The translations under genes and the position numbers were made by a program. The notes beneath the pieces are model-generated. The model was not told the DNA's origin. It was given only the letters and a program-made list of their open reading frames with translations, and did not search any database. A DNA stretch of 64,000 bases from Alphaproteobacteria bacterium (GTDB lineage: Bacteria; Pseudomonadota; Alphaproteobacteria; Rhodospirillales; Rhodospirillaceae), in NCBI GenBank assembly GCA_039908285.1, contig JAMOBE010000001.1, positions 21,155-85,154 of the forward strand, in the 5' to 3' direction. Below are positions 45,431-55,821 of this stretch, one piece after another. Every line of letters starts with the position of its first letter. Within the stretch, counting starts at the first letter, position 1.

Positions 45431-46186
45431 GTGACGGTCCGGGCCCTGGTCACCCGTCCGGGAGAGGACGCCGGGACATTGGCCGGCCTGCTCGCCGCCC
45501 GTGGCCTGGAGGTGGCGTTCGAGCCGCTGCTGGCCATCGAGATCCTTCCCCAGCCGGTGGACCTCGGCGGGGTGCAGGCGATTCTGGTGACGTCGGCCAA
45601 CGGGGCGCGGGCGCTGGCCGCCTGCACGGCCGAGCGGGACCTGCCGGTGTTCGCCGTCGGTGACGCCTCGGCGCGGGCGGCGCGGGCCCTCGGCTTCACC
45701 AGCGTGGACAGCGCCGACGGCGACGTGGCCGCCCTGGCCGCCCTGGTGACGCGGCGGCTGCGGCCCGAGGCCGGTGCCCTGTTCCAGGCCGCCGGCAGCG
45801 TGGTGGCCGGTGACCTCGGTGGCGACCTGGCGCGGGCCGGATTCGCGGTGCGCAAGGTGCGACTCTACGAGGCGCGGACGGCGACCGCGCTGTCACCCGC
45901 GACGGCGACGCTGCTGCGGCAGGGGGGGCTCGACCTGGCGCTGTTCTATTCGCCGCGCACAGCCGCCACCTTCGTCGATCTCGTGCGGCGGGTCGGACTG
46001 GAAAATGGTGTGGCTTCCATAAGCGCCTATTGCCTGAGCGAGGCCGTGCGGAGCACACTTGTGGCCCTGCCCTGGCGGATCGCCAGAGTTGCGGTGAGAC
46101 CGGATCAGGAGGCCCTGCTGGCGCTTCTCGATGGCGATCTCGCCGCGGGATGCCTCGGGACATCGGCCCAAGGAGAAGTGACATGA
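45431..46186 (+). CDS. hemD: Uroporphyrinogen-III synthase
   Basis: RALVTRPGEDAGTLAGLL... with two HEM4-like half-domains. Sits immediately after hemC. GTG start. Its stop overlaps the next ATG (ATGA). Confidence 0.8.
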   Translation: MTVRALVTRPGEDAGTLAGLLAARGLEVAFEPLLAIEILPQPVDLGGVQAILVTSANGARALAACTAERDLPVFAVGDASARAARALGFTSVDSADGDVAALAALVTRRLRPEAGALFQAAGSVVAGDLGGDLARAGFAVRKVRLYEARTATALSPATATLLRQGGLDLALFYSPRTAATFVDLVRRVGLENGVASISAYCLSEAVRSTLVALPWRIARVAVRPDQEALLALLDGDLAAGCLGTSAQGEVT

Positions 46187-47439
46187 GCACGCGTCAGGAC
46201 CAGGGAGAGGGACCCGGCACCGACTCGGCGGCGGGCGGCGGACCGGTCGCTCCGTTCGCCGCCCCGTTCGCCGCCGGCTCGGGGCCGCCGCCGCCGGCCG
46301 GAGCCGCCGACGCCGAGCTGGAGCCTGGACGCCCGAGGACCAGCCCCGGCGTGCGGCTGAAGCTTGTCGCGGCGCTGCTGCTGGTGGTGGTCTTCGCCGG
46401 GCTGGCCGGAGTCGCTTCGCTGCCATGGTGGCGGGACCGGGTGCCGGAGGGGTATCGCGGAGTCCTGCCCACATTCCCCGAGGAGGACCGGCGGCTTGGC
46501 CAGCTTGGCGCCGCCACCGAGGCCCTGCGGCGCGACCTGGCCATGGCGGTAAATCATATCGATCGCGTGACGAAGGTCATTACGGCCCTGGAACAGCGGG
46601 TCGGCGACCTGGAGACCCGGGCTTCGGTCGTGGTCGCCCCTTCCTCGCCGCCCGTTGCCGCCGAGCCGGCCGTCGATCCCGACCTGGTCCGTCGGCTGAG
46701 CGACCTGGAGGGCAGGGTGACCGCCGTCGACCCGGCGCCGCTGGTGGAGCGCGCCCGGCAGCTTGAAAGCCGGATCGACGGGGTCTCCGGACGGATCGAT
46801 GTCATCGCCCGCGGCCAGATCGGACCGGCGACCATGGTGCAGGTGTTCGATCGCATCGCCGCCGTCGAGGAGATGGCCCGCAAGGCGTCGGCCCGTCAGG
46901 ACTCGGCTCTGGCCTTGACTCTGGCGGTGGCCCAGCTTCGCGACGCGGTCGCCCGCGGCTCGGCCTTCGAGACGGAACTGCAGACGGTTCGGGCCCTGTC
47001 GGACGAGCCCGCGGCGGTGGATCAGGCGGCGGCGGGCTTCGTCTCCCACGCCGCCCGGGGCATGCCGACGCAGGCGGCCCTGGCGCTGCGTTTCGAGAGC
47101 CTGGTGGCCGAGGTGGCCCGGGCCTCGGTGGCGCCGGAGGGGGGCGGCTGGGCGGAGCGGACGGTGCAGCGGCTGATGGCTCTTGCGACCGTGCGGCGCA
47201 CCGACGGCACCGCCGTCGGCGAGTCGGCGGTGGCGGTGATGGCGCGCGCCCAGGCGCGGATGCAGGCGGGTGACCTGGCCGGAGCCGTGCGGGAAATGAA
47301 GGCCCTGAGCGGAGCCGCCGCCCAGGCGGCCGAAGCGTGGCTGGCCGATGCGCGGGCCAGGGTGGCGGCGGACGAGGGTCTGTCGGCGCTGACCGCCCGG
47401 GCGCTCGGGCGCTCGGCGGCCGCCAGAACGGGTGGGTGA
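46183..47439 (+). CDS. Alphaproteobacterial Mic60 (mitofilin)-like membrane protein
   Basis: N-terminal TM helix (LKLVAALLLVVVFAGLAGVASL), a long coiled-coil region, and a C-terminal mitofilin-like segment (AQARMQAGDLAGAVREMKALSGAAAQAAEAWLADARARVAADEGLSAL). It lies in the conserved hemC-hemD-X-hemY position. Confidence 0.75.
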   Translation: MSTRQDQGEGPGTDSAAGGGPVAPFAAPFAAGSGPPPPAGAADAELEPGRPRTSPGVRLKLVAALLLVVVFAGLAGVASLPWWRDRVPEGYRGVLPTFPEEDRRLGQLGAATEALRRDLAMAVNHIDRVTKVITALEQRVGDLETRASVVVAPSSPPVAAEPAVDPDLVRRLSDLEGRVTAVDPAPLVERARQLESRIDGVSGRIDVIARGQIGPATMVQVFDRIAAVEEMARKASARQDSALALTLAVAQLRDAVARGSAFETELQTVRALSDEPAAVDQAAAGFVSHAARGMPTQAALALRFESLVAEVARASVAPEGGGWAERTVQRLMALATVRRTDGTAVGESAVAVMARAQARMQAGDLAGAVREMKALSGAAAQAAEAWLADARARVAADEGLSALTARALGRSAAARTGG

Positions 47440-47443
47440 GGCC

Positions 47444-48784
47444 ATGATCCGGGTGATCGCCTACATCGTGTTGGTCACGGCGCTGGTCGGCGTCTCCGTG
47501 TGGCTCGCCGATCGTCCGGGAGCGGTGACCATTCAATGGGAGGGCTGGCGCGTCGACACCTCGGTGCCGGTCCTGGCGGCAGCGCTGGTGGTGGTGGCGG
47601 GGCTGCTGGTGCTGGGGTTGCGGATTCTGCTGCTGATGCGCGGGCTACCCCGGCGGATGGTGGCACGGCGCCTCGACCACCGCCGCAGCAAAGGCTATGC
47701 GGCCCTGGGACAGGGGTTCGCCGCCATTGCCGAGGGAGACTCGATTCGGGCCGGGAAGCTCGCCGCCCAGGCCCACGCCAGGCTGCGGGATCCGGCCCTG
47801 ACCCTGCTGCTGAGTGCCCAGGCGGCGGCGCTGTCCGGCAACGACGTCCTGGCGCGCGAGCACTTCGAGGCCATGCTGGGCCGGCGGGAGACCGAGCTTG
47901 CCGGCCTGCGCGGCCTGCTGGATCTGGCCCTCAAGGCGGGCGATGCCCAGGACGCGGTGGGACTGGCCCGGCGGGCCGTCGCCCTGCGGGGGGATGCCGA
48001 CTGGGCGGTGCGGGCGCTGTTCGATCTTCTGGTGGGCGAGGACCGATGGGCGGAGGCCGAGGGGCTGCTCGCCACGCCGGGGCGGATGAAGGTGTTCGCG
48101 GCCGACCGGGAGGCGCACCTGCGGGCGGTGCTGGCCACCGCACAGGCCGCCGCCTGCCTGGCCGATGGCGACCGCGCCGAGGCGCTCCGCCTGGCCCGTC
48201 AGGCCCTGGACCGGGTGCCGGACTTCGTGCCGGCGGCGGTGATGTGCGTGACGCTGTTGGCGGCGGAGGGCAAGGACCGCAAGGCCGCCGCCGTGGTCGA
48301 GGGGACGTGGCGGCGGGTGCCCCATCCCGATCTGGCCCGGGCCTGCTTCGCCATCTGGCCGGACGACGACGCGTTGCGGCGGGCGCAGCGGGCGGAGAAA
48401 CTCGCCGCCCTCGCCCCCGATCACCTGGAAAGCCGCCTGGTGGTGGCCGAGGCGGCGATGGAGGCGCAACTGTGGGGTCGCGTCCGTACCCAGGCGGCGC
48501 CCGTTGCCGAGGCGACGGGCGGGGCCGAGGCGACGGCTGGGGCCGGGCGGGCGGCACGGCTGATGGCCCGGCTGGAGGAGGCCGAGCGCAAGGATGTGGC
48601 TGCCGCCAACGAATGGCTGCGCCGGGCCGCCGTGGCGCCGCCTGATCCGGCCTGGCGCTGCGCCGCCTGTGGTGCGGAGGCCGAGGCCTGGTCGGCGCGC
48701 TGTCCCCACTGCCGGACCTTCGACTCCCTGGCCTGGACCGCGCCGTCGCGGGCCCTGGTGACGGTGGTGGCGGCGGAGAACTAG
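47444..48784 (+). CDS. hemY: HemY-like TPR membrane protein
   Basis: HemY_N start MIRVIAYIVLVTALVGVSVWLADRPGAVTIQWEGWRVDTSV, a second TM helix, a TPR-like body and a C-terminal Cys4 (CAACGAEAEAWSARCPHC). Confidence 0.85.
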   Translation: MIRVIAYIVLVTALVGVSVWLADRPGAVTIQWEGWRVDTSVPVLAAALVVVAGLLVLGLRILLLMRGLPRRMVARRLDHRRSKGYAALGQGFAAIAEGDSIRAGKLAAQAHARLRDPALTLLLSAQAAALSGNDVLAREHFEAMLGRRETELAGLRGLLDLALKAGDAQDAVGLARRAVALRGDADWAVRALFDLLVGEDRWAEAEGLLATPGRMKVFAADREAHLRAVLATAQAAACLADGDRAEALRLARQALDRVPDFVPAAVMCVTLLAAEGKDRKAAAVVEGTWRRVPHPDLARACFAIWPDDDALRRAQRAEKLAALAPDHLESRLVVAEAAMEAQLWGRVRTQAAPVAEATGGAEATAGAGRAARLMARLEEAERKDVAAANEWLRRAAVAPPDPAWRCAACGAEAEAWSARCPHCRTFDSLAWTAPSRALVTVVAAEN

Positions 48785-48803
48785 CCGTGCAGGTTCGGGG
48801 AAT

Positions 48804-48846
48804 GCGGGGGACCGGGGGGCGCGCCGCGTCCCCCGCCTTATCCTTA
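48804..48846 (+). terminator. GC-rich hairpin terminator after hemY (member of a repeated motif)
   Basis: GCGGGGGA-CCGGGGGGCGCGCCGCG-TCCCCCGC followed by CTTATCCTTA. The same motif recurs at 61699-61750. Confidence 0.5.
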
Positions 48847-48947
48847 CCCCCGACCACGGGCCTGTTGCTCCGCCGGGCCGGCTCCCTGTACCCTCTCCCC
48901 GCCGTGTCCGTCGGCATGGCGGCGATCGTTATGACAGCGAGCAGAGC

Positions 48948-50177
48948 ATGACCATGGTCCGCACCCTTGCCCTTTGCCTCGGCCTGATGACCGCCCTCTG
49001 CAGCGGCGGTCAGGTGATGGCGCAGTCGCAGCAGCGCATCGCCGCCGTCATCAACGACGAGGTGATTTCCCTCCGCGACGTCGAGGCCCGCACCGCCTAC
49101 GTGATCGGCACGTCCGGCCTGAACGACAGCCCGGAGGTGCGGCGGCGGCTGGTGCCCCAGATTCTTCGCATCCTGGTGGACGAGAAGCTCAAGCTTCAGC
49201 AGGCGGCCCAACTCAAGCTTTCCGTCACCGACGACGAGGTAAAGCGTGCCGTCGGCCAGTTCGAGAAGCAGAACGGCCTGTCCCCCGGGGAGTACGAAAA
49301 GCTGCTTGCCGAACGCGGGCTCGACCGTCAGGCGTCGCTCGCCCAGGTCCGCGCCGACATCGCCTGGGTCAAGGTGATACAGGAAAGCCTGCGTCAGCAC
49401 GTTCGGGTCAGTGACGAGGAGGTCGATGCCTACCTCGAACGCGTCAAAGCCAATCAGGGCCTGCCGGAGAACCTGATCTCCGATATCTTCCTCGCCGTCG
49501 ACACGCCCGAGAGCGAGCCGGAGGTCCGCCAGCTCGCGGAACGGCTCGGCGAACAGATTTCCGCCGGTGCCGATTTCCGCGCCATCGCCCGCCAGTTCTC
49601 CCACAGCGCCACCGCGGCCGTGGGGGGCGACCTGGGCTGGAACGTGCAGGGGGCGCTCGACGACGATCTGGACAAGACCATCGCCCGCATGCGGCCCGGC
49701 CAGTTGGCCGGCGTACGCACGGCCGGGGGATATCATCTTCTGCTACTGCGCGAACGCCGCGAGTCCTCGGCCGATTTCAGCATCACCCTCAGTCAGATCG
49801 TGATTCCGGCCGCCGCGCCGAACCGCCGCGAGATCGTCGCCGCGTCCAAGGGCGCGAAGAATTGCGCGGAGTTCAATGCCCTGGCCCAGGACCTGAAGCT
49901 GCCGCGATCCGGCCCCGTCGGCACCCTGAAGGCCCGCGAGCTGCCCGACAAGCTGCGGCAGGTCATCCTCGGCCTGCCCCTCGACAAGGCGAGTGACCCG
50001 GTCACCGGGGAGGAAAACAGCGTCGCCGTGCTGATGGTCTGCCAGCGGGACGCGCCGACGCAACTGCCCGCCCGCGAGGAGGTGTCGAACAAGCTCGGGC
50101 AGGAGAAGATGGACATGCTGGCGCGGCGCCACATGCGGGACGTTCGGCGCAATGCCTATGTGGACCTGCGTCTGTGA
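48948..50177 (+). CDS. surA: Periplasmic chaperone / peptidyl-prolyl isomerase SurA
   Basis: Signal peptide, a SurA_N-like region (IAAVINDEVISLRDVEART) and a parvulin domain (GGDLGWNVQGALDDDLDKTI...GGYHLLLL). Conserved surA-pdxA-rsmA order. Confidence 0.88.
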   Translation: MTMVRTLALCLGLMTALCSGGQVMAQSQQRIAAVINDEVISLRDVEARTAYVIGTSGLNDSPEVRRRLVPQILRILVDEKLKLQQAAQLKLSVTDDEVKRAVGQFEKQNGLSPGEYEKLLAERGLDRQASLAQVRADIAWVKVIQESLRQHVRVSDEEVDAYLERVKANQGLPENLISDIFLAVDTPESEPEVRQLAERLGEQISAGADFRAIARQFSHSATAAVGGDLGWNVQGALDDDLDKTIARMRPGQLAGVRTAGGYHLLLLRERRESSADFSITLSQIVIPAAAPNRREIVAASKGAKNCAEFNALAQDLKLPRSGPVGTLKARELPDKLRQVILGLPLDKASDPVTGEENSVAVLMVCQRDAPTQLPAREEVSNKLGQEKMDMLARRHMRDVRRNAYVDLRL

Positions 50178-51193
50178 CCATCGGGATCGGACTCCCGCTG
50201 GCGGTGACCATGGGCGAACCCGCCGGCATCGGCGGTGAGATCACACTGAAAGCCTGGGCGCGGCGCGCCGATGGGGTGCCCCCGTTCCTCGCCATCGACG
50301 ATCCCGACCGGCTGAGGGACCTTGCCCGGCGTATCGGCCTCGGGGTCCCGGTCCGCGTCGTGGACGGGGACGACCCGGACCAGGCGATGGCGGTCTTCGC
50401 CGACGCCCTGCCGGTTCTGCCCCTGCGGCTCGCGCGTCCCGCCCAGCCGGGGCAGCCGGATCCGGCGAACGCTCCGGCGGTCATCGCCGCCATCGAGCGG
50501 GCCGTCGCCCTGGTGACGGCCGGGCAGGCCGCCGCGGTGGTTACCAATCCCATCCACAAGAAGGCCCTCTATCAGGCCGGCTTCCACCACCCGGGCCATA
50601 CGGAGTTCCTGGCCGCCCTGGCCGGAGACACCATCCGCCCGGTGATGATGCTGGCATGCGAGGGGCTGCGGGTGGTGCCGGTCACCGTCCATGTCAGCCT
50701 GCGCCAGGCCATCGACGGCCTGACCACGGCGGGCATCGTCGCCTGCGGACGCATCACCGCCGCGGCCCTGGTCCGCGACTTCGGCCTCGATCGGCCGCGG
50801 CTCGCCGTCGCCGCCCTCAATCCCCATGCCGGGGAGGGCGGCACCATGGGCCGCGAGGACATCGATATCGTCGCTCCCGCCGTCGAGGCACTGCGGGGTG
50901 ACGGCATCATCGTCTTCGGACCCGCTCCCTCCGACACCCTGTTCCATCCGGCGGCCCGCGCCGGGTACGATGCCGCCCTGTGCATGTACCACGATCAGGC
51001 ACTGATTCCCCTGAAGACCGTGGACTTCGCCGGCGGGGTCAACGTCACCCTGGGCCTGCCGTTCGTGCGCACCTCGCCCGACCACGGCACCGCCCTCGAT
51101 ATCGCCGGCAGCGGGCGGGCCGACGACACCAGTCTTGTCGCCGCCCTGCGGCTTGCCGCCTTGATGGCCGCGCGGCGCCTTGACCATGCCTGA
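50174..51193 (+). CDS. pdxA: 4-hydroxythreonine-4-phosphate dehydrogenase
   Basis: [19 protein letters not shown]...[40 protein letters not shown]. Confidence 0.95.
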   Translation: MTIGIGLPLAVTMGEPAGIGGEITLKAWARRADGVPPFLAIDDPDRLRDLARRIGLGVPVRVVDGDDPDQAMAVFADALPVLPLRLARPAQPGQPDPANAPAVIAAIERAVALVTAGQAAAVVTNPIHKKALYQAGFHHPGHTEFLAALAGDTIRPVMMLACEGLRVVPVTVHVSLRQAIDGLTTAGIVACGRITAAALVRDFGLDRPRLAVAALNPHAGEGGTMGREDIDIVAPAVEALRGDGIIVFGPAPSDTLFHPAARAGYDAALCMYHDQALIPLKTVDFAGGVNVTLGLPFVRTSPDHGTALDIAGSGRADDTSLVAALRLAALMAARRLDHA

Positions 51194-52028
51194 CGAGACG
51201 CCGCCGCTGCCGCCGCTGCCGCCCCTGCGCGAGGTGATCGCCAGACTTGGTCTGTCGGCGCGCAAGTCTCTGGGCCAGCATTTCCTGCTCGACCTCAACC
51301 TGACCGGCCGCATCGCCCGCGCCGCCGGCGACCTGAGCAGTGGCACGGTGATCGAGATCGGCCCCGGTCCGGGGGGGCTGACCCGCGCCCTGCTGGAGGC
51401 CGGAGCCGGTCGGGTGGTGGCGGTGGAGCGCGACCGCCGCTGTCTCGAGGCCCTGGCCGAGGTCGAGCGAGCCTTTCCCGGCCGGCTGGAGGTGGTGGAG
51501 GCCGATGCCCTGACGGTGGACATCGCCGCGCTGGGGGCGGCGCCGCGGCGGATCGTCGCCAACCTGCCCTACAACATCTCGACGCCCCTGCTGCTGCGCT
51601 GGCTGCGGGACGTCGGGGCCATCGCCGGCATGACCTTGATGTTCCAGAAGGAGGTGGTGGAGCGCCTGGCCGCCCCGCCCCGCGCCGAGGGCTACGGCCG
51701 CCTGTCGGTCATCACCCAGTGGCTGTGCGAGGTGCAGCCGCTGTTCGACGTCCATCCCCGGGCCTTCACCCCGCCGCCGGGCGTGGTCTCGACGGTGGTG
51801 AGCCTGACACCCCGGCCGCAGCCGCTGGCGCCGGCCTCGTTCCCGGTGCTGGAACGGGTGACCGCCGCCGCCTTCGGCCAGCGCCGCAAGATGCTGCGGT
51901 CGAGCCTGAAGGCCCTTGGCGATGCCGCGGCCCTGTGCGCCGCCGCCGGTGTCGACCCGACGGCACGGGCCGAGGAGGTGGACGTCGCCGGCTTCTGCGC
52001 CCTGGCCCGGGCGCATCAGGGAACGTAG
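51186..52028 (+). CDS. rsmA: 16S rRNA (adenine1518/1519-N6)-dimethyltransferase RsmA/KsgA
   Basis: [48 protein letters not shown]. Confidence 0.95.
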   Translation: MPDETPPLPPLPPLREVIARLGLSARKSLGQHFLLDLNLTGRIARAAGDLSSGTVIEIGPGPGGLTRALLEAGAGRVVAVERDRRCLEALAEVERAFPGRLEVVEADALTVDIAALGAAPRRIVANLPYNISTPLLLRWLRDVGAIAGMTLMFQKEVVERLAAPPRAEGYGRLSVITQWLCEVQPLFDVHPRAFTPPPGVVSTVVSLTPRPQPLAPASFPVLERVTAAAFGQRRKMLRSSLKALGDAAALCAAAGVDPTARAEEVDVAGFCALARAHQGT

Positions 52029-52045
52029 GCTTTGCCCTGGTTTCC

Positions 52046-52708
52046 CTACCGCGGGTAGACGCGGACGGCGATGCGGCGGTTGACCTCCTGGTTCTGCGGC
52101 AGCGGTACGTTGTTGGGGTCGCGGTTGCTGACCTTCGGGGCCACGTCGGCCAGGCCGATGGCCTTGAGGCGTTGCGGCTGGATGCCCGCCTGGATGAACA
52201 TCCTCACCACTCCGGTGGCCCGGGCGGCCGACAGCTCCCAGTTGGAGGGGAACATGGCGGTGGCGATGGGGACATCGTCGGTGTGACCCTGCACCTCGAT
52301 CTGGAAGGCATTGTAGCGGGGCTCGAGGAGGGTCCTGGCCAGGGCCTGGACCACCGGGGCGCCGTCCTGGCGGATGGCGGCCGCGCCGGAATCATAGAGG
52401 AGGGAACTGGCCAGTTCGAAGACCACCCCGTCCTGGTCGGTGCCGACGGCGGCGAAGCCGTCGATCTGCAGGGTCTCCATCAACGCCTTCATGTCGGTCT
52501 TCAGTTGCTCCAGGGGGCGCTCGGTCTTGTTCTTGCTGATTCCCTCCTTCAAGCCGGACTGCACCTGTTCATACTGGTTGGCGTCGATCTTCGATATGGA
52601 AACCAGCATGATGAAAAATGTCAGAAGAAGCGTGACCATATCGGAATAGGTCAGCATCCAGTCTTCCGCTTCTTCGCATTTCGACTTCGTGAAGCGACTG
52701 TCGGCCAT
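52046..52708 (-). CDS. motB: MotB-like stator protein (OmpA-like C-terminal domain)
   Basis: WMLTYSDMVTLLLTFFIML (plug and TM with the conserved Asp), then VQGHTDDVPI...SNWELSAARATGVVRMF (OmpA/MotB peptidoglycan-binding domain). Confidence 0.85.
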   Translation of the reverse strand: MADSRFTKSKCEEAEDWMLTYSDMVTLLLTFFIMLVSISKIDANQYEQVQSGLKEGISKNKTERPLEQLKTDMKALMETLQIDGFAAVGTDQDGVVFELASSLLYDSGAAAIRQDGAPVVQALARTLLEPRYNAFQIEVQGHTDDVPIATAMFPSNWELSAARATGVVRMFIQAGIQPQRLKAIGLADVAPKVSNRDPNNVPLPQNQEVNRRIAVRVYPR

Positions 52709-53511
52709 TATTTATGGCCCTTCATGTGGCTGTCGATGTTGAAGTGGATCGCCGGATCGAGGAAGCTGTTCATCTTGTCCTGGATATAGCGCGGATTTTT
52801 GCGCTCCGCCAGCAGGGCCAGCCCCTCGGCCACCAGATAGTTGCGAAACCGGACGATTTCCTCGCGCTGCTGGATCTTGCTCGCCGTCGGCAGGAAGATG
52901 AGCCGCTGCAGCAGGGCCCCATACAGGGTGGTGATCAGCGCGACGGCCATGCCCGGGCCGATCTTCGACGGGTCGGCGGTCATGGTGTCCAGCATGATGA
53001 CGAGGCCGACCAGGGTGCCGATCATGCCGAAGGCCGGTGCCGTGTTGGCCATGTTCTTCAGGATGTCGGCGCTGATTGTGGCGCGCTGGAACGTCGTCTC
53101 CACCGTGTTGGCCAGGATCTCCCGCACCTCGGCGCCGGTATAGCCGCTGATCACCAGGTCGATGCCAAAGCCGAGGAACCGGTCCTGATTGCGGACCTTG
53201 CCGGCGTCGGCCTCGAGGCCGGGCAGGCCGCTCTTCTGGACGATGTAGCCCCAGCGGATGATCCGACCCACCTCGTTGGTCAGGACACCGCGACCGATCT
53301 TCTGGGCGAAGAAGATCGTCTTCATGACCTTGAGCGCGCCAAGGACATAGCGGGGCTCATAGGAGATGAAGGTCGAAGCCAGCGTGCCGCCGATCACCAT
53401 GACGAAGCTTGGGGCGTCGATGAAGATCCGATAGTTGCTCGTCGCCATGACGATCGAGCCCACGAACAGACCGAATCCGAAGATCACTCCCAGAAGAGTC
53501 GCGAAGGACAT
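52708..53511 (-). CDS. motA: MotA/PomA-like stator proton-channel protein
   Basis: 268 aa with four TM helices. APAFGMIGTLVGLVIML and MAVALITTLYGALLQRLIFLP are the MotA/TolQ/ExbB signature. Overlaps the motB start by 1 nt. Confidence 0.85.
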   Translation of the reverse strand: MSFATLLGVIFGFGLFVGSIVMATSNYRIFIDAPSFVMVIGGTLASTFISYEPRYVLGALKVMKTIFFAQKIGRGVLTNEVGRIIRWGYIVQKSGLPGLEADAGKVRNQDRFLGFGIDLVISGYTGAEVREILANTVETTFQRATISADILKNMANTAPAFGMIGTLVGLVIMLDTMTADPSKIGPGMAVALITTLYGALLQRLIFLPTASKIQQREEIVRFRNYLVAEGLALLAERKNPRYIQDKMNSFLDPAIHFNIDSHMKGHK

Positions 53512-53723
53512 CGTTCGAGCCTCGTTGGCGCAACGGCGCGGACGCACCGGCAGATATCAGCCGGCGACGCACCGGTTTCAGATGTCCGCAGTTTGCGCCA
53601 TTCCTGGCCCAGGAGCAATACTCGCGGGATGGCCGTCCGGGGCAATCGGGACCAAGACCAGCGTTGGCGCGGACCGGCTCCATGGTGTAGTATTTACGGC
53701 GATCGAACGCTTCCGGGGGGACG

Positions 53724-54206
53724 ATGAAGGTTGATTCGCACACATTCCGCAACGCCATGGCCTCGTTCGCCTGCGGCGTTACCGTGGTGACGGCCAGAAC
53801 CACCGACGGGCGACCACTCGGACTGACGGTCAGTTCCTTCGCCTCGGTGTCACTGGAACCGCCGCTGGTCCTGGTGTGTCTCGACCGGAATACGTCCAAC
53901 CTCGACAGCTACTGCGAGGGCCATTTCGCCGTCAACGTCCTGCGGGAGGACCAGAAGGACCTGTCCATCCGCTTCGCCACCCGCAGGGGGGACAAGTGGA
54001 CCGACACCGCCTTCACCACCTGGGACAGCGGCGTCCCCATCCTGAGCGGCTGTCTCGCCACCCTCGAGTGCGGCGTCGAGCACGCCTATGACGGCGGCGA
54101 CCACGTCATCATCGTCGGCCGCGTCCAGCGGCTGACCGCCAGCGCGGCCGGCCAGCCCCTCCTCTACTTCCGCTCCGCCTATGCGGAAATCGGCCGGGCG
54201 GTGTGA
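53724..54206 (+). CDS. Flavin reductase-like FMN-binding protein
   Basis: FRNAMASFACGVTVVTARTTDGRPLGLTVSSFASVSLEPPLVLVCL...GDHVIIVGRV is the flavin reductase domain pattern. Confidence 0.85.
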   Translation: MKVDSHTFRNAMASFACGVTVVTARTTDGRPLGLTVSSFASVSLEPPLVLVCLDRNTSNLDSYCEGHFAVNVLREDQKDLSIRFATRRGDKWTDTAFTTWDSGVPILSGCLATLECGVEHAYDGGDHVIIVGRVQRLTASAAGQPLLYFRSAYAEIGRAV

Positions 54207-54312
54207 AGCCCGCCACCCGACCGGACGGCACGGAATCCTTTGACCGCCCGCCCTGGAATGCGTAATAATATTTCAGAGAGCCCTGTTACGCGTCCAGCCG
54301 GATGATGTCGCA

Positions 54313-55734
54313 ATGAACCAGACCGCGAGTTTCCGCCTTCTCGATCGGTTGAAGGGGTGGCGCCTGTGGAGTCCGGGCGGCCGCGAGTTGACGGTGGGGG
54401 CGGTTCAGCCCGCCCTGCCCGACAGCGATGCCGGCCGGGTCCGCGCCCAGATGCAGGCCTGTCTCGAGTCCCGGGGGGGAGACGTCTCCTCCCGCCAGCG
54501 GGCGGCCATGCTGGGGCGGGCCTACCTGAACCTGAACGCCGACGGGCGGGAGCGCTTCCTGCGCATGCTGGCCGGGGAGTTCGGTGCCGACCAGGCGGCC
54601 GTGGACGCGGCGATCGCCCGCGTGCAGGCCGCCGACGGGCCCGACGGGCGCCTGGCGGCGGAGCAGGCCCTGCGGGCCGCCCTGGAGCCGCCGCGGATCC
54701 GGCTGCTGACCCAGTTCAACGCCCTGCCCGAGGGGGTCAAGTTCCTGGTGGACATGCGGGCCGAGCTGATGCCGCTGGCTCGCCGCGCCCCGGCCCTGGC
54801 GGCGCTCGAGGCCGACCTCAAGGCGCTGCTGGTATCGTGGTTCGACGTCGGCTTCCTCGAACTGAAGCGGGTGACCTGGCATTCTCCGGCGGCGCTCCTG
54901 GAAAAGATCATCGCCTACGAGGCGGTGCACGCCATCCAAAGTTGGGACGACCTCAAGAACCGACTCGACTCGGACCGCCGCCTGTATGCGTTCCTCCACC
55001 CGCGCATGCCCGACGAGCCATTGATCTTCGTCCAGGTGGCGCTGGTCAACGGCATGGCCAACAACGTCCAGGCGGTTCTCGACGAGTCGGCGCCGGTGCA
55101 GGACCACGAGGCCGCCGACACCGCCATTTTCTACTCGATTTCCAACGCCCAGATGGGGCTGGCCGGCATCAGCTTCGGCAACTTCCTGATCAAGCGGGTG
55201 GTGGACAGCCTGTCCCACGAGTTCCCCAACCTGAAGACCTTCGCCACCCTGTCGCCCATCCCCGGGTTCCGCCGCTGGCTCGACCAGCGACTGGCGGAGG
55301 GCGAGCCGGGCCTGCTCAACTCCAGCGAGCACAAGGCCATCACCGCCGTGGCCAAGGGCGGCGCCAAGGGCGGGCTCAAGGCGCTGCTGTCCCGCCCCGA
55401 CTGGCCGTCGGACGAGGCCGCCGTCCAGGCCCTGAAAGGGCCCCTCATGCGCCTCGCCGCCCGCTATCTCGGGGGGGAGAAGCGACCGGCCGAGACGCCG
55501 GGGGGACCGGTGCGAGCCCTCGACCCGGTGGCCCACTTCCACCTGTCCAACGGGGCGCGGATGGAACGGCTGAACTGGCTCGGCGACGTCTCGCCAAAGG
55601 GACTCGGCCAGTCGGCCGGCCTGATGATCAACTATCTCTACAAGCTGAGCGAAATCGACCGCAACCACGAAAGCTACAGCGCCCAGGGAAAAATCGCCAT
55701 GTCCTCGTCGATCCGGGGACTTGTTCGGGGGTGA
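54313..55734 (+). CDS. Malonyl-CoA decarboxylase
   Basis: LKALLVSWFDVGFLELKRVTWHSPAALLEKIIAYEAVHAIQSWDDLKNRL...FYSISNAQMGLAGISFGNFLIKRVV...TLSPIPGFRRWL...HFHLSNGARMERLNW matches the MCD family closely. Confidence 0.9.
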   Translation: MNQTASFRLLDRLKGWRLWSPGGRELTVGAVQPALPDSDAGRVRAQMQACLESRGGDVSSRQRAAMLGRAYLNLNADGRERFLRMLAGEFGADQAAVDAAIARVQAADGPDGRLAAEQALRAALEPPRIRLLTQFNALPEGVKFLVDMRAELMPLARRAPALAALEADLKALLVSWFDVGFLELKRVTWHSPAALLEKIIAYEAVHAIQSWDDLKNRLDSDRRLYAFLHPRMPDEPLIFVQVALVNGMANNVQAVLDESAPVQDHEAADTAIFYSISNAQMGLAGISFGNFLIKRVVDSLSHEFPNLKTFATLSPIPGFRRWLDQRLAEGEPGLLNSSEHKAITAVAKGGAKGGLKALLSRPDWPSDEAAVQALKGPLMRLAARYLGGEKRPAETPGGPVRALDPVAHFHLSNGARMERLNWLGDVSPKGLGQSAGLMINYLYKLSEIDRNHESYSAQGKIAMSSSIRGLVRG

Positions 55735-55760
55735 GGGGCAGCTCGCGTCGTTGCATTTTT

Positions 55761-55789
55761 TTGACCGACGAAACTCGTCCCGATATGAT
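55761..55789 (+). promoter_or_regulatory. Sigma70-like promoter of the PIN cassette
   Basis: TTGACC (55761-55766), a 17-nt spacer, then TATGAT (55784-55789), 33 nt upstream of ATG 55822 and preceded by a T-rich stretch. Confidence 0.4.
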
Positions 55790-55821
55790 GGGGAGGACGT
55801 GCGAAGGGGCGAAGGCGGGCC

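Noticed and set aside
52046-53511. The MotA/MotB-like pair was considered as ZorA/ZorB of a Zorya anti-phage system.
   Set aside because: The MotA homologue is only 268 aa and lacks the long ZorA C-terminal tail. No ZorC/ZorD/ZorE-like genes are adjacent; the flanks are rsmA and a flavin reductase. It looks like an ordinary, possibly paralogous, flagellar or PomAB-type stator.
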